Shown: positions 30,147-40,742, counted from the stretch's first letter. The stretch is 64,000 bases of DNA from Roseibacillus sp. (GCA_965242925.1 CBDEUM010000014.1:256001-320000), one strand, 5' to 3'. Notes: a model not told the origin generated them from the sequence alone. Program-made: numbers and translations.

Positions 30147-30545
30147 CTAACCGGTTTTCTGCGTCAACTGGTACAAGGCGCCGACGAGCTTCTCCTGGTC
30201 CCCGTCGAAGTGGTGCCCGATGAGAGTCGCTCGATGTTCATCCCCAATGGCCCAGGCATTGAGGGTCTTGCTTGCTCCGAAGAAGGCAAGAATACGCAGG
30301 GGGTGGTCGCAGGCATACGAGTAATGCGAGCGACCCTCGCGGATCGGCATCACCTGCAGGATGCGATCGCCATCGCCCAGTCCGAGGGCGGGCGGACAAC
30401 GATTGAGATTTTGTGCCAGCGCCTCTTCGTAGCAGACCAATTCGTTTGCCCAGTCAAAGGACTGCAGCAGATCGAGACATTGCCCCACAGTGGCATCCGA
30501 AACCGATACCATGCTGCAGTCATGCCGCTGAATCCATGCCTCCAT
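30147..30545 (-). CDS. Hypothetical protein
   Basis: 132-aa ATG-started ORF filling an intergenic gap; no motif recognised. Confidence 0.5.
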   Translation of the reverse strand: MEAWIQRHDCSMVSVSDATVGQCLDLLQSFDWANELVCYEEALAQNLNRCPPALGLGDGDRILQVMPIREGRSHYSYACDHPLRILAFFGASKTLNAWAIGDEHRATLIGHHFDGDQEKLVGALYQLTQKTG

Positions 30546-30712
30546 TCAGGCCCTTTTCTCGTCCCTCTGCTCCAATGTCCAGCCCGGAGTTGGAGGAAGT
30601 CCATGGCTGGTAATTGTGATTCTGAAGCTTGTGAGAAGGCCGCATTAAAGGTAATTAGGGGAGCATTTTTTTGCACCTATAGGAGTAATTATTTATCAGG
30701 ACGGGTTCCCCC

Positions 30713-32578
30713 ATGAGGCGACTGCTGTTTTTTCTGAGTTCAATGACGTGTCTGGGCATCCCCGGGGTGGCTCAGGAATCTGAATACTGGGCTTTCCGTT
30801 CTCTGGCACCGGTAAAGGTTCCTCCGGTTAAGGGCACCCAGTGGGCTCGGAATACTATTGATCATTTCGTGCTGGCCAAGGTCCGGAAGAAAGGCATTGC
30901 GCCAAACGCCCCTGCTGATCGCCACACGTTAATTCGCCGGGTTTACTTTGACCTGACAGGCCTTGCCCCCACACGTACGGAGGTGGCGGATTTTGTTGCG
31001 AGCAAATCGCCTGACGCTTATGCAGAAATGATTACGCGGCTGCTTGCCAGCCCCCATTACGGGGAACGCTGGGGACGGCACTGGCTTGATGTCGCACGTT
31101 TTGGTGAAAGTCACGGTTATGAAAGTGATGATGAGCGGCCGACGGCCTGGACGTATCGTGATGCGGTTATTCGCGCGCTCAATGAGGGCATGCCGTTTGA
31201 TCAGTTCGCGCGCTGGCAGGTTGCTGGTGATGCCTTGCAGGGTGATGACCCGCTGGCCATGGCGCTTACAGGATTTCTCACGTCCGGATCGACTGTGACC
31301 AATGTCGATGGTGTCGACAAGGAGAAGGCGACCTACGACAAGATGGATGACATCGTCTCGGCCACGGGCACAGCGTTCCTCGGGTTGACCATAGGGTGCG
31401 CCAGGTGCCATGACCACAAGTACGACCCGATCTCCCAGCGTGATTATTACCGGCTTGTCGGGTTTTTCCTGCCCGGCAAGCCCGGAGATCGCAAGGTTGC
31501 CATCGGCAGTGCCGGCTCCGAGGTCAATGCCCTCACCTGGAATGGCGGCAACAAGCGCACCAACCCGCTCCTGAAGCGTGGCGATGTTGAGCAGAAAGGG
31601 GGTGATGTCGGGTTTGGCGTGTTAACGGCCCTGAATCCAGGGGACGGAGACCTTGAAGATTGGATCAGTTCGAATGAAAACAAGAGCGGGGACGGCAGGA
31701 CCGGCCTGGCCCGATGGCTGACGGATGTCAGGGACGGGGCAGGAGCCCTGCTGGCAAGGGTGATCGTTAATCGTCTCTGGCAACATCACTTCGGTGTCGG
31801 TCTTGTGAAGACCAGCAATAATTTTGGTGGTGTTGGAGATAAACCTGCTCAGCCTGAACTACTGGATTGGCTGGCTGGTGAGCTTGTCAGGGGGGGCTGG
31901 CGGCTAAAGCCGATACACCGCCTCATCATGAGCAGTTCGGTCTATATGCAAAACACCCAGTGGGATCAGAAGAGGCATGAGATTGATCCGGCTAACGACC
32001 TGTTGTGGCGCCGGCACCCAAGACGCCTTGAGGCCGAGATCCTGCGTGACTCGATCATGAACACGGCGGGAACACTTAATCGCAATCTTTACGGGCCGAG
32101 TGTCAAGCCCTGGGTCTCCAATGACGCGATCAAGACCGGGTCCACGAACAAATGGCCGACCAATGTGAAGGACAGACCGGAGACCTGGCGTCGCAGTATT
32201 TATGTGTTCATGCGCCGCTCCATGCGCGTACCGTTTTTTGAAACCTTTGATGTTCCTGATGCAATGCAAAGTCGCGGTGTGCGCGAACAGACCACGGTGG
32301 CCACGCAGGCCCTGCTCCTGCTGAACAACAAGTTCGTGCGTGACCAGGCTGGTCATTTTGCGGCGCGAGTTGTCGCTGCGGCAAAGGATCCCAATTCCCC
32401 GGACGGCGGGAAGAACCTGCAGGCAATTGTCGAGGAGGCTTATTGGCTGGCGTTCTCCCGCGGCCCAACCAGGGAGGAGCTTGATCTCAGCGTTGATCTT
32501 CTTTCCCAGGAGGGCCAGAATATTGAGAATTTCTGCCATATTCTTTTTACCCTGAATGAATTTGCTTATGTTGACTGA
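30713..32578 (+). CDS. DUF1549/DUF1553 (PSD1) domain protein
   Basis: WAF, LIRRVYFDLTGL.P, YGERWGRHWLDVARF.ES, CARCHDHKYDPI, ARVIVNRLWQHHFG, RRLEAE.LRD. Confidence 0.95.
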   Translation: MRRLLFFLSSMTCLGIPGVAQESEYWAFRSLAPVKVPPVKGTQWARNTIDHFVLAKVRKKGIAPNAPADRHTLIRRVYFDLTGLAPTRTEVADFVASKSPDAYAEMITRLLASPHYGERWGRHWLDVARFGESHGYESDDERPTAWTYRDAVIRALNEGMPFDQFARWQVAGDALQGDDPLAMALTGFLTSGSTVTNVDGVDKEKATYDKMDDIVSATGTAFLGLTIGCARCHDHKYDPISQRDYYRLVGFFLPGKPGDRKVAIGSAGSEVNALTWNGGNKRTNPLLKRGDVEQKGGDVGFGVLTALNPGDGDLEDWISSNENKSGDGRTGLARWLTDVRDGAGALLARVIVNRLWQHHFGVGLVKTSNNFGGVGDKPAQPELLDWLAGELVRGGWRLKPIHRLIMSSSVYMQNTQWDQKRHEIDPANDLLWRRHPRRLEAEILRDSIMNTAGTLNRNLYGPSVKPWVSNDAIKTGSTNKWPTNVKDRPETWRRSIYVFMRRSMRVPFFETFDVPDAMQSRGVREQTTVATQALLLLNNKFVRDQAGHFAARVVAAAKDPNSPDGGKNLQAIVEEAYWLAFSRGPTREELDLSVDLLSQEGQNIENFCHILFTLNEFAYVD

Positions 32579-32579
32579 G

Positions 32580-34019
32580 ATGCAGGGAAGTGCCGGCCTG
32601 ATGACGCGACGAGATGTTCTTGCCCGTGCCGGATGCGGATTTGGATCGCTGGCCCTCGCCGGGCTGATGTCTGAACAGGACTTGTTGGCCAGCCCGGTGG
32701 CAACGGCCGGAGAGTCCCAGTTGCCGCTGTCATCAAGGTCCCCTCAATTTCCCTGTCGCGCCAAGAGTGTCATCTTCCTCTTCATGTATGGCGGGCCGAG
32801 TCATGTGGACCTTTTCGACTACAAGCCGGATCTGGCGAAACACGCCGGAAAAAAGGTTGGGGAAGTGGTCGATACAAAGGGGGCGCGCAGCAGTGGCGGG
32901 CTTTTCCCTTCACCTTACAAGTTTACGCGTCATGGACAGAGCGGTCACTGGGCATCCGACCGTTATCCTCACCTCTCCCGCGTGATCGACCACACTGCGA
33001 TGCTGCGTGGGGTATATGGGCATTCGATTAGCCATGCCCCGGCGCTTTTTGAACTCAATACCGGGATGATTCGCACTGGCTTTCCAAGCTTGGGATCTTG
33101 GGTGACCTATGGACTCGGCACTGACAACCAGGACCTGCCCGGGTTCGTGGTAATGTATGATTACCGCGGCGGCCCGATCGGGGGTGCCCCCAACTGGGGA
33201 TCGGGCTTTCTTCCCGGTGCCTTCCAGGGAACCCCGGTGCGCTCAAAAGGCACCCCGATTCTCAACCTCAACAAGCCGGAGAAACTAGGGGACCTCCAGC
33301 AGCGGCAACTGCTTGATTATGCAGGCACGCTCAATCGCCGGCACGGGGCGAACCATCCTGCTGATAATGCACTCGAGGCTCGTATTGAGGCCTTTGAGCT
33401 TGCCTACCGGATGCAGGCGGCAGCTCCCGAGGCTCTTGATATCTCTCGGGAGAATGACGCGACCAGGAAACTTTACGGCATTGAGCCCGGCAATCCCGGA
33501 GAGTATTTCGGCAGCCAGTGCCTGATGGCCAGGCGCCTTGTCGAGCGTGGCGTGCGCTTTGTGCAACTCTATTCAGGTGGCGGGCATGGAGACAACAACT
33601 GGGATGCCCATGGCAACATCACCGGTAACCATAACAAGCACTGCGCGGCAACGGATCAACCCATGGCGGGATTGCTCAGGGATCTGGAACAACGGGGGCT
33701 CCTTGATGACACCCTGGTGGTGTGGGGCGGGGAATTCGGACGCACGCCGCACAAGCAGGGAGGCAGTGGTCGCGATCATCATCCTTTCGGCTTCACCATG
33801 TGGATGGCTGGGGGGGGTATCAAGGGGGGGACAAACTACGGCGAAACCGACGAGATCGGCTACCATGCCGCGGTTGACCGCACATCCGTCCATGACGTGC
33901 ATGCCACAATTCTTCACCTGATGGGAATCGACCACGAGCAGCTTACCTATCATTTCAGCGGGCGTGATTTCCGGTTGACGGATGTCGCAGGGAAGGTGAT
34001 CAACAAGATTATTGCCTGA
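32580..34019 (+). CDS. DUF1501 domain protein (Tat-like signal)
   Basis: TRRDVL, AKSVIFLFM.GGPSH.D.FD.KP, ARRLVERGVRFVQ, WGGEFGRTP, GRDHHP; start could be 32601. Confidence 0.95.
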   Translation: MQGSAGLMTRRDVLARAGCGFGSLALAGLMSEQDLLASPVATAGESQLPLSSRSPQFPCRAKSVIFLFMYGGPSHVDLFDYKPDLAKHAGKKVGEVVDTKGARSSGGLFPSPYKFTRHGQSGHWASDRYPHLSRVIDHTAMLRGVYGHSISHAPALFELNTGMIRTGFPSLGSWVTYGLGTDNQDLPGFVVMYDYRGGPIGGAPNWGSGFLPGAFQGTPVRSKGTPILNLNKPEKLGDLQQRQLLDYAGTLNRRHGANHPADNALEARIEAFELAYRMQAAAPEALDISRENDATRKLYGIEPGNPGEYFGSQCLMARRLVERGVRFVQLYSGGGHGDNNWDAHGNITGNHNKHCAATDQPMAGLLRDLEQRGLLDDTLVVWGGEFGRTPHKQGGSGRDHHPFGFTMWMAGGGIKGGTNYGETDEIGYHAAVDRTSVHDVHATILHLMGIDHEQLTYHFSGRDFRLTDVAGKVINKIIA

Positions 34020-34203
34020 GCAGCGGTTTGCCCGGGATGGATGTTCATGCCGAGCCCCTGAAAGGCATTTCCTTTCACAACCCATCCCCTCACCGCGGCC
34101 CCCGGCCCAGGATGGGAGGGGCAATCCTGATCGGCACGGTGACAATGGACAATCTCCGCACGAAGGAACGGGCCTGTAAATGCGTACCCGCCGTCTGCGG
34201 TAA

Positions 34204-35400
34204 TTAAATGACGCCCAGCTCCCGGCCGGTTCTGGCAAAGGCCTCCACCGCGAGATCGAGGTGCTCCCGGGTGTGGGCCGCCGAAACCTGCGTACGGATG
34301 CGCGCGGTATCCTGCGGAACCACGGGGTAAAAGAAGCCAACCGCGTAGACCCCGCGCTCAAGGAGTTTCTCCGCGAAGCGCTGCGACAGAGCGGCATCGC
34401 CCAGCATAACGGGCGTGATGGGGTGATCGGCGCCTGCTATCCGGAAACCCGTCTGGGCCATGGCTTCCCGGAAATAGGCGGTGTTGTCCTTTACGCGGTC
34501 GGCCAACTCGGTTGAGGACTCCAGCAACTCGAAAACCTTGAGCGACGCGGCCGCGATGGCTGGAGCCAGGCTGTTAGAGAACAGGTAGGGGCGAGAACGC
34601 TGGCGCAGCAGATCAATGATCTCCCTGCGTCCCGAGGTGTAGCCCCCCGAAGCACCCCCGAGCGCCTTGCCCAGAGTGGAGGTGGTGAGGTCGATCTTGC
34701 CGAAAAGACCGCAATGCTCGTGCGTGCCACGCCCCCTCGACCCCAGAAATCCGGTGGCGTGACAGTCATCGAAATGCACGAGCGCGTCATACCTGGCAGC
34801 CAGTTCGTGAATACCATCGAGCTGCGCGATCACCCCATCCATGGAAAATACCCCGTCGGAAGTGATCAGTTTCTGACGAGCTCCGGCAGCCTCCGCCTCC
34901 TGCAACCTGGCTTCAAGATCGGACAGGTCGTTGTTGTCATAGCGATAGCGCTGCGCCTTGCAGAGCCGGACGCCATCGATGATGGAGGCGTGATTGAGAC
35001 TGTCGGAAATAACGGCATCCTCGGCGGTGAGAAGCGTCTCAAAGAGCCCTCCATTGGCGTCAAAACAGGAGGGATAGAGGATGGTGTCTTCGGTGCCCAG
35101 AAAAGCAGTGATGGTGTCCTCCAGCTGGCGATGCACGCTCTGGCTGCCACAGATGAACCGCACCGACGCCGTCCCGAATCCCCAGCGCTCCAGGGCCGCA
35201 CGGGCTGCCTCCACCACCTCGGGATGGTCAGCCAGTCCCAGGTAATTGTTGGCGCACATATTGAGGACTTCACGCCCGTCCTGCAGCGTGATGAGGGCAC
35301 TCTGTGGGGAGCCTATGAAACGCTCCTGCTTGTAGAGACCCGCCTGCTTGATCTCCCCGAGAGTGCGGTGGAGTCGGGATTGGAGGGCGGTGGAAAACAC
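34204..35400 (-). CDS. kbl: Glycine C-acetyltransferase (2-amino-3-ketobutyrate CoA ligase)
   Basis: [57 protein letters not shown]. Confidence 0.96.
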   Translation of the reverse strand: MFSTALQSRLHRTLGEIKQAGLYKQERFIGSPQSALITLQDGREVLNMCANNYLGLADHPEVVEAARAALERWGFGTASVRFICGSQSVHRQLEDTITAFLGTEDTILYPSCFDANGGLFETLLTAEDAVISDSLNHASIIDGVRLCKAQRYRYDNNDLSDLEARLQEAEAAGARQKLITSDGVFSMDGVIAQLDGIHELAARYDALVHFDDCHATGFLGSRGRGTHEHCGLFGKIDLTTSTLGKALGGASGGYTSGRREIIDLLRQRSRPYLFSNSLAPAIAAASLKVFELLESSTELADRVKDNTAYFREAMAQTGFRIAGADHPITPVMLGDAALSQRFAEKLLERGVYAVGFFYPVVPQDTARIRTQVSAAHTREHLDLAVEAFARTGRELGVI

Positions 35401-35543
35401 AGCTGGATTAGAACGCCTAATTCGACCGAATGAACGCGAATTCTTGCTGATTTATCCGGTTCTCGTCATTTGCACGACAGGACCCATGAACAGGGGCCCG
35501 CCCTGCCCTTCGTCGGCCCTCGGGCCCCGCAAGCCGACTCATT

Positions 35544-36767
35544 CTATGCCGGAGCACTGTCCAGACCAAACACCGCATGCACCACGCGGGCCGCATCTTC
35601 AATCCGCGTTTCCTCCACCGTGATCGAAATCTTGATCTCGGAAGTGCTGATCATTCCGATGTTGATCCCGCCCTCGCCCAGAGCCTTGAACATCTGGGCC
35701 GCCACTCCGGAGTGCGAGCGCATCCCGATGCCGACCACTGAGAGTTTCGCGATGCCCGCCTCGGTCTCAAGGTTGGCATCCCCGCCCAGTTCAGAGAGAA
35801 CCGGCTTGAGCGCAGCCTGGGCCCGTCCGAGATCGTTGGTGTGCATCGTGAACGAATGGCGGGCGTAGCCATCGTGCGCAATATTGGAAACGATCATGTC
35901 GATATTGATCTCATCGTCTCCCAGCACACCGAGGATGCGGCCGGACATTCCTGGTTCGTCGGGGATGCCCGTGATGGTAACGCGGGCTTGGGAGCGCTCG
36001 ATGGAGACTCCTCGGATGACGACAGCTTCCATGGCTTCGTGTTCTTCTGTCACAATAGTACCGGGGTTGTTGTTGAGGGAGGAACGGACTTCAAATTTCA
36101 CGCCGTACTTCTTGGCGAATTCAACTGAGCGCGACTGCATCACCTTAGTGCCGACAGAGGCGAGTTCGAGAAGTTCGTCGTAGGAAATCTCGGGGAGTTT
36201 GCGCGCATCCGGCACCACGCGTGGATCAGCACTGTAGACCCCATCGACATCGGTGAGGATCTGACACAGGTCGGCATTGATCGATGAGGCGAAGGCGATT
36301 GCAGAGAGGTCTGATCCCCCGCGACCGAGGGTCTGGATCAGACCTTCTTCGTTGATCCCCTGGAACCCTGCCACAATGACCACCTTGCCTTCCATCAGGT
36401 AGCGTTGGCTGAGAGTGGAGTCGATGGTTTCGAGCCGCGCCCTGGTGTGAGAACCGGAGGTCTTCATTCCGGCCTGGCGACCGGTGATGGAGACCGCTTT
36501 CACTCCGATCTGGTTGAGAGCCATGGTCACCAGGGCGATGGACTGCTGCTCGCCGGTCGAGATCAGGACATCCATTTCGCGATCGGGCGGCTCCTCGCAG
36601 ATTTCCTGCGCCATGGCGATGAGCTTGTCGGTGACCCCTCCCATGGCCGACACCACCACCGCAACTTCGTTCCCTTCATCCAGAAGGGACTTGATGCGTC
36701 TGGCGACATTCCGGATGCGCTCAAAGGAGTCGACCGAGGTGCCGCCGTATTTCTGAACGATGAGCAT
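35544..36767 (-). CDS. lysC: Aspartate kinase
   Basis: MLIVQKYGGTSV, VVSAMG, TLGRGGSD, TDVDGVY.ADPR, two ACT domains ending ISTSEIKIS. Confidence 0.97.
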   Translation of the reverse strand: MLIVQKYGGTSVDSFERIRNVARRIKSLLDEGNEVAVVVSAMGGVTDKLIAMAQEICEEPPDREMDVLISTGEQQSIALVTMALNQIGVKAVSITGRQAGMKTSGSHTRARLETIDSTLSQRYLMEGKVVIVAGFQGINEEGLIQTLGRGGSDLSAIAFASSINADLCQILTDVDGVYSADPRVVPDARKLPEISYDELLELASVGTKVMQSRSVEFAKKYGVKFEVRSSLNNNPGTIVTEEHEAMEAVVIRGVSIERSQARVTITGIPDEPGMSGRILGVLGDDEINIDMIVSNIAHDGYARHSFTMHTNDLGRAQAALKPVLSELGGDANLETEAGIAKLSVVGIGMRSHSGVAAQMFKALGEGGINIGMISTSEIKISITVEETRIEDAARVVHAVFGLDSAPA

Positions 36768-36839
36768 GAGAAACAAGGGGTTGCCCTGCCTGCATCCATC
36801 GGCCCCGTCATGGAGGGACGGGAGCGACGTATTGCGTAG

Positions 36840-36979
36840 CCAGAGCGCTGACGGGTTAGCGGTCCCCGACGGCGAGGGCAAGCTTCAGTTCCCCCTTTTA
36901 CCTTCCGGGCATCCTCGCCACCGTCTCGGGAAAGCTGGCCCATCTCCGGGACGGGCACTCCCGTCAGCTGCCGGGCTGG
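36840..36979 (-). ncRNA. Candidate structured RNA in the lysC leader (family unidentified)
   Basis: Nested complementary segments 36847-55/36960-68, 36865-69/36926-30, 36871-77/36913-19 and side hairpin 36938-56. Confidence 0.35.
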
Positions 36980-37008
36980 AAATTCGAGATCCCTCGATGC
37001 CGGATCGT

Positions 37009-38025
37009 CTACTTCGCCAACGGCACGATCGGCGTCTCCCACCCTGCCATGTCTGCGGGCCTGGTTCCCGGTTTGCGCCGACCCCCGCCCCTGCCCCAGG
37101 TCGGATTGAAGGGACCAACCAGGCGGACCTCGGCCCCGGGAACGATCTGGTCCTCCAGTCCCACCGCCCAGAAACACCCATTGATGAGAAGCCGACGGTA
37201 GCCTTCGCTGAGAATGTCATTGGAGGCCCCGTAGGTGCTGGTGAAAACACGTCCCTGCTTTCCCGACTTGCCCCGGTAGCTCCGTGTCCAGGCCCCGGGC
37301 ACAGGAGGCATTTTCTGGTTGGGCGGGGAGTCCGGCGTCATCCCCTGCAAGGGTTGGGCCATGGCGAGAACGGTGCTGGGGGCAAGGGGAGCCGCCTTGT
37401 AACCGCCGCATTGGGCCCACATGTCCTTTACACCCCGCAGGATGGGGTGATCCTTCTGGTCCGGCACGATATCGAGGCGGGTACTCTGTCGATGGTTGCC
37501 GCCGTAGTGACCGGCCCACTTCTCGCCCAAAACCTGGCGGCCCCAACCGCCCTTGTATTCCTCTCCACCATAACCGTTACCGTACTTGGCCCACTTGCTG
37601 TTGCCCGGGATCTGGAACCCATGAGTGGCCGTGCGCAGGCCGACAATGGGCCCTCCCCGGTCCAGGTAATCGACAAAGTGCTGCATCTGCTCGTCGGGCC
37701 AGTTCTGGAAGCGGGTGAAGACCACCATGAGATCTGCCGCCTTAAGAGCCTCCAGGCCCGGGACATTGGAATGCCCCGGGACAATCTCCCCCTTGTCGTT
37801 CACTCCGAAGAGGACGGTACATTTGAACCCATGATGCCTGGCCAGGATCCGCGCGAGGGCGGGAAGAGTTTCCTCCGATTTGTACTCATGGTCACTGGCG
37901 ATAAAGACGAGGTGCTTGCCCTTCCCCGCTCCCCTGGAACCTTCATACACGAGTGGACCGGCTGAAACAGTCAAGGTCAGCAGGGCAGGGAGGGCGACGG
38001 ACGAGAGCAGATAGGCAATCTTCAT
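37009..38025 (-). CDS. ThuA-like (class I glutamine amidotransferase fold) secreted protein
   Basis: Signal peptide; ASDHEYKSEE.LP.LA.IL, GLRTATHGF, HPILRGV, RVFTST.G. Confidence 0.85.
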   Translation of the reverse strand: MKIAYLLSSVALPALLTLTVSAGPLVYEGSRGAGKGKHLVFIASDHEYKSEETLPALARILARHHGFKCTVLFGVNDKGEIVPGHSNVPGLEALKAADLMVVFTRFQNWPDEQMQHFVDYLDRGGPIVGLRTATHGFQIPGNSKWAKYGNGYGGEEYKGGWGRQVLGEKWAGHYGGNHRQSTRLDIVPDQKDHPILRGVKDMWAQCGGYKAAPLAPSTVLAMAQPLQGMTPDSPPNQKMPPVPGAWTRSYRGKSGKQGRVFTSTYGASNDILSEGYRRLLINGCFWAVGLEDQIVPGAEVRLVGPFNPTWGRGGGRRKPGTRPADMAGWETPIVPLAK

Positions 38026-38221
38026 GAGTCCAAAACTAGAATCCTGCATGGAGCTTCTGCAAGCTCTCTTGACCTCATGAAATGGTGAGTTGCCCGCTGG
38101 CACAGACCCATTTCCCACTGCAAATGGGACAATTGGGGTATGGAGGAGCGGAATTGTAGGCTTGCAAGTGGGTTGTGCAGGGGGTGGGTTATCTCAGGTC
38201 ACGCTTCCGCGCCCTCCTCCC

Positions 38222-38998
38222 ATGAACAATCGTCGCAGATCCAATCCGGCCCTCCGCTCCGGGAAGTCACGCATGATGGAGATCCTTGTCGGGGCCGCCG
38301 TGCTGGTCATCGCCATCGGCATCGGCACGACCGTCCTGAACTCTGGAAAGATCAAGCGGAGCAAGGCCGAAGCCCTCCAGAAGATGAGTCGCATCGGTGA
38401 GGCCCTGAGGGGGTATCTCGATGACAACAATGGTGAATTTCCCCTTGAGGACGCCCCCGGCAAGGATGACTGGCTCAATGCCGCCAAGCCAGAGGCCGAG
38501 ACGGTCTGGTACAATGCCCTCACAAAGCAGATCGCCGCGACCCCGGTAAGCGAACTGGGCGACAACCCCGCCTCGCAATTCTACCAGAGGAGCTATCCCC
38601 TTTTCCTCTCCGGTGCGGCCTATCCGAAGACCAAAAAGGAAGGAAAGCCCTATTTCGCCTTCGGGTTCAACAGCAGCCTGCAGGTCAAGGCCGAAGACGG
38701 AACCGAGACCCCCGCCAATCTCGCCGGCATCCAGCATCAGGACCGAACCGTGGCCTTTCTTGAACGCGGGGTGAAGAAGGGCGAGAAGACCAACAAGCTC
38801 CAGGGCGGATTTGATGGTGGATCCAAGGCCAATGCCAAGAATTTCGTGGGCCGCTACAAGGGCAAGGGCCACATCCTGTTCATCGATGGCCACGTGGAGG
38901 AGTTCAGCTTCGAGGATCTCACCGATGCCATGGGTCAGGCCGTCAACGGCCAGGCCAATGTCTACTGGACCGGTGATCCCGACAGTCGGCCCAACTAG
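38222..38998 (+). CDS. Type II secretion/pseudopilin-like protein of the H-X9-DG family (Y variant)
   Basis: MMEILVGAAVLVIAIGI hydrophobic helix, KM.RIGEAL.GY.DDNNGEFP, C-terminal RYKGKGHILFIDGHVE. Confidence 0.8.
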   Translation: MNNRRRSNPALRSGKSRMMEILVGAAVLVIAIGIGTTVLNSGKIKRSKAEALQKMSRIGEALRGYLDDNNGEFPLEDAPGKDDWLNAAKPEAETVWYNALTKQIAATPVSELGDNPASQFYQRSYPLFLSGAAYPKTKKEGKPYFAFGFNSSLQVKAEDGTETPANLAGIQHQDRTVAFLERGVKKGEKTNKLQGGFDGGSKANAKNFVGRYKGKGHILFIDGHVEEFSFEDLTDAMGQAVNGQANVYWTGDPDSRPN

Positions 38999-39052
38999 GG
39001 GAAGCGGGGGGCAAATCAAGGTGGCCGCGTGATCTGGAGACCGTGGCAGGGC

Positions 39053-40378
39053 CTATAGCGTCTCAATACGGAAGACCACGGGACGCTCCGTCACGCAGTC
39101 GAGGGATTCGATCTTCTTCAGGGCCCCCTTGAGAATTCCAAAAGGGCAGGTGTGTAGAAGGAAAACCATGTCGACGAACTCCGCATCAGGCTGGGCGGGA
39201 TCAACCGGAGAGTGGGTTCCACTGATTCCGATGCCGGCCTCAGCCAGCAACGAGGCGATATCGGCCACCACGCCAGGGCGATCGGTCACCGGGAAGCGCA
39301 CATAGTAAGCGGTCTCGGTCTCGTCGATGGGCTTGAGGGTTCCCTTTTCCCGATAGGGCAGGAACCCACGGTGGCCGGATCCCCTGCCCTGCCGCAGAAA
39401 GCGCCCCGCTTCCACCAGATCGGCCACTACCGAAGAGGCGGTGGGATCCTGTCCCGCACCCCGTCCGTAGAAGAGCGCATCGCCAATCCCGTCCCCCCGC
39501 ACCGCCACCGCATTGAAAACGTCATTAACCGAGGCGAGAATGTGCGAATTTGGGATAAAGGAAGGCTGAGTACGGATCTCGATGGACCCGTCCCCGTGTT
39601 CGCGCACGATGCACAGGAGCTTCACCACATAACCGAGATCCTTGGCGAAGCGGATGTCGAGCGGCCGAACGTACTCGATTCCGCGAACGTAGACCTGTTC
39701 CGCATCAATGAGGAATCCATGGACAATCGTCCCCAGCAGAATCGCCTTGTGGGCAGCATCCCATCCATTGACATCGAGAGTTTCGTCAACCTCGGCGTAG
39801 CCCAGTTCCTTGGCTTCCCTGAGCGCGGCGGGATAATCGAGCTCCCCCTCCGTCATGCGCATGAGAATGTAGTTTGAGGTGCCGTTAATGATCCCGGTTA
39901 TCGAACTGACCCGATTGCCCACCAGGGATTCCTGCACCGCCTTGATGATGGGAATCCCTCCCGCCACCGCCGCTTCGAAATGGATGGGGGTGTCGTGTTC
40001 ACGGGAGAGCGCAAACAGATCACCTCCCCGCTCTGCCAGAAGCGCCTTGTTGCCAGTGACCACCGGCTTGCCGGCCGTGAGCGCCGCGGCTACCAGTTCG
40101 TAGGCCGCGTCCGTTCCACCGATCAACTCCACCACCACATCCACGGAGGGATCTTCAACCATCAGACGCCAGTCGGTCGTAAAGAGCTCAGCTGGCGCGG
40201 TTGCTTCCCGCGCCTTCCCAGGATCCCTTACGACAATCCGGCGGATCTCAAACTTCAACCCGTCTCCGGCGCGATCCGCAATCAGGTCTCCGCTGCGCGC
40301 CAGGGTATTCCAGACCCCGGATCCGACCGTGCCGAATCCTGCCAGGCCAACGCCGATGGTGTCGCAGCTCGCGCTCAC
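39053..40378 (-). CDS. hom: Homoserine dehydrogenase with ACT domain
   Basis: GFGTVGSG, VVELIGG, FEAAVAGGIP, GIINGTSNYIL, YGRGAG..PTAS.V, DRPGV; GTG at 40378 preferred. Confidence 0.96.
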   Translation of the reverse strand: MSASCDTIGVGLAGFGTVGSGVWNTLARSGDLIADRAGDGLKFEIRRIVVRDPGKAREATAPAELFTTDWRLMVEDPSVDVVVELIGGTDAAYELVAAALTAGKPVVTGNKALLAERGGDLFALSREHDTPIHFEAAVAGGIPIIKAVQESLVGNRVSSITGIINGTSNYILMRMTEGELDYPAALREAKELGYAEVDETLDVNGWDAAHKAILLGTIVHGFLIDAEQVYVRGIEYVRPLDIRFAKDLGYVVKLLCIVREHGDGSIEIRTQPSFIPNSHILASVNDVFNAVAVRGDGIGDALFYGRGAGQDPTASSVVADLVEAGRFLRQGRGSGHRGFLPYREKGTLKPIDETETAYYVRFPVTDRPGVVADIASLLAEAGIGISGTHSPVDPAQPDAEFVDMVFLLHTCPFGILKGALKKIESLDCVTERPVVFRIETL

Positions 40379-40742
40379 AGCAGAGCGATAGCGGATGGAG
40401 GGAGAAGCGCAAAGACCCAAAGGTGCAAAAGGTCCACCGAATCCCGGCAAACGGGGGTCATCAGCAGAAAGACGGCAGCGACCTGATTACGCCCTCCACA
40501 CGCATCCGGCAGACGGACTACGCGTTACTGATTGAAGAAATCCCGAATTCAGTGGAGCCCCAGGGAGTGGCGGAAGCGTTCCCAGCCACGCGCCCGGGAA
40601 GATTCGACTACCGCCGGAAGGGACCAGAAAACCAGTTCTTCCGTTGATATCGGAAGCCGCCGCGGCCTGGTCCAGACACCTTTTCAGGCGCCTTATCGGG
40701 AAACTCCGGGGGTTTTGAGCAATATAATCGCTTTTGTCTGAA

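Noticed and set aside
35401..35543. Possible glycine riboswitch ahead of kbl
   Set aside because: Only generic GC hairpins; no GGAGA/CCGAAG/CTCTCAGG aptamer motifs
36770..37008. Calling the lysC leader a lysine riboswitch, SAM-I riboswitch, SRP or 6S RNA
   Set aside because: Only fragmentary resemblance (e.g. CCGGAAGG); diagnostic consensus blocks are missing, so it is left unnamed
40380..40740. ORFs in the hom-ompA divergent spacer
   Set aside because: No credible start or recognisable motif; treated as non-coding
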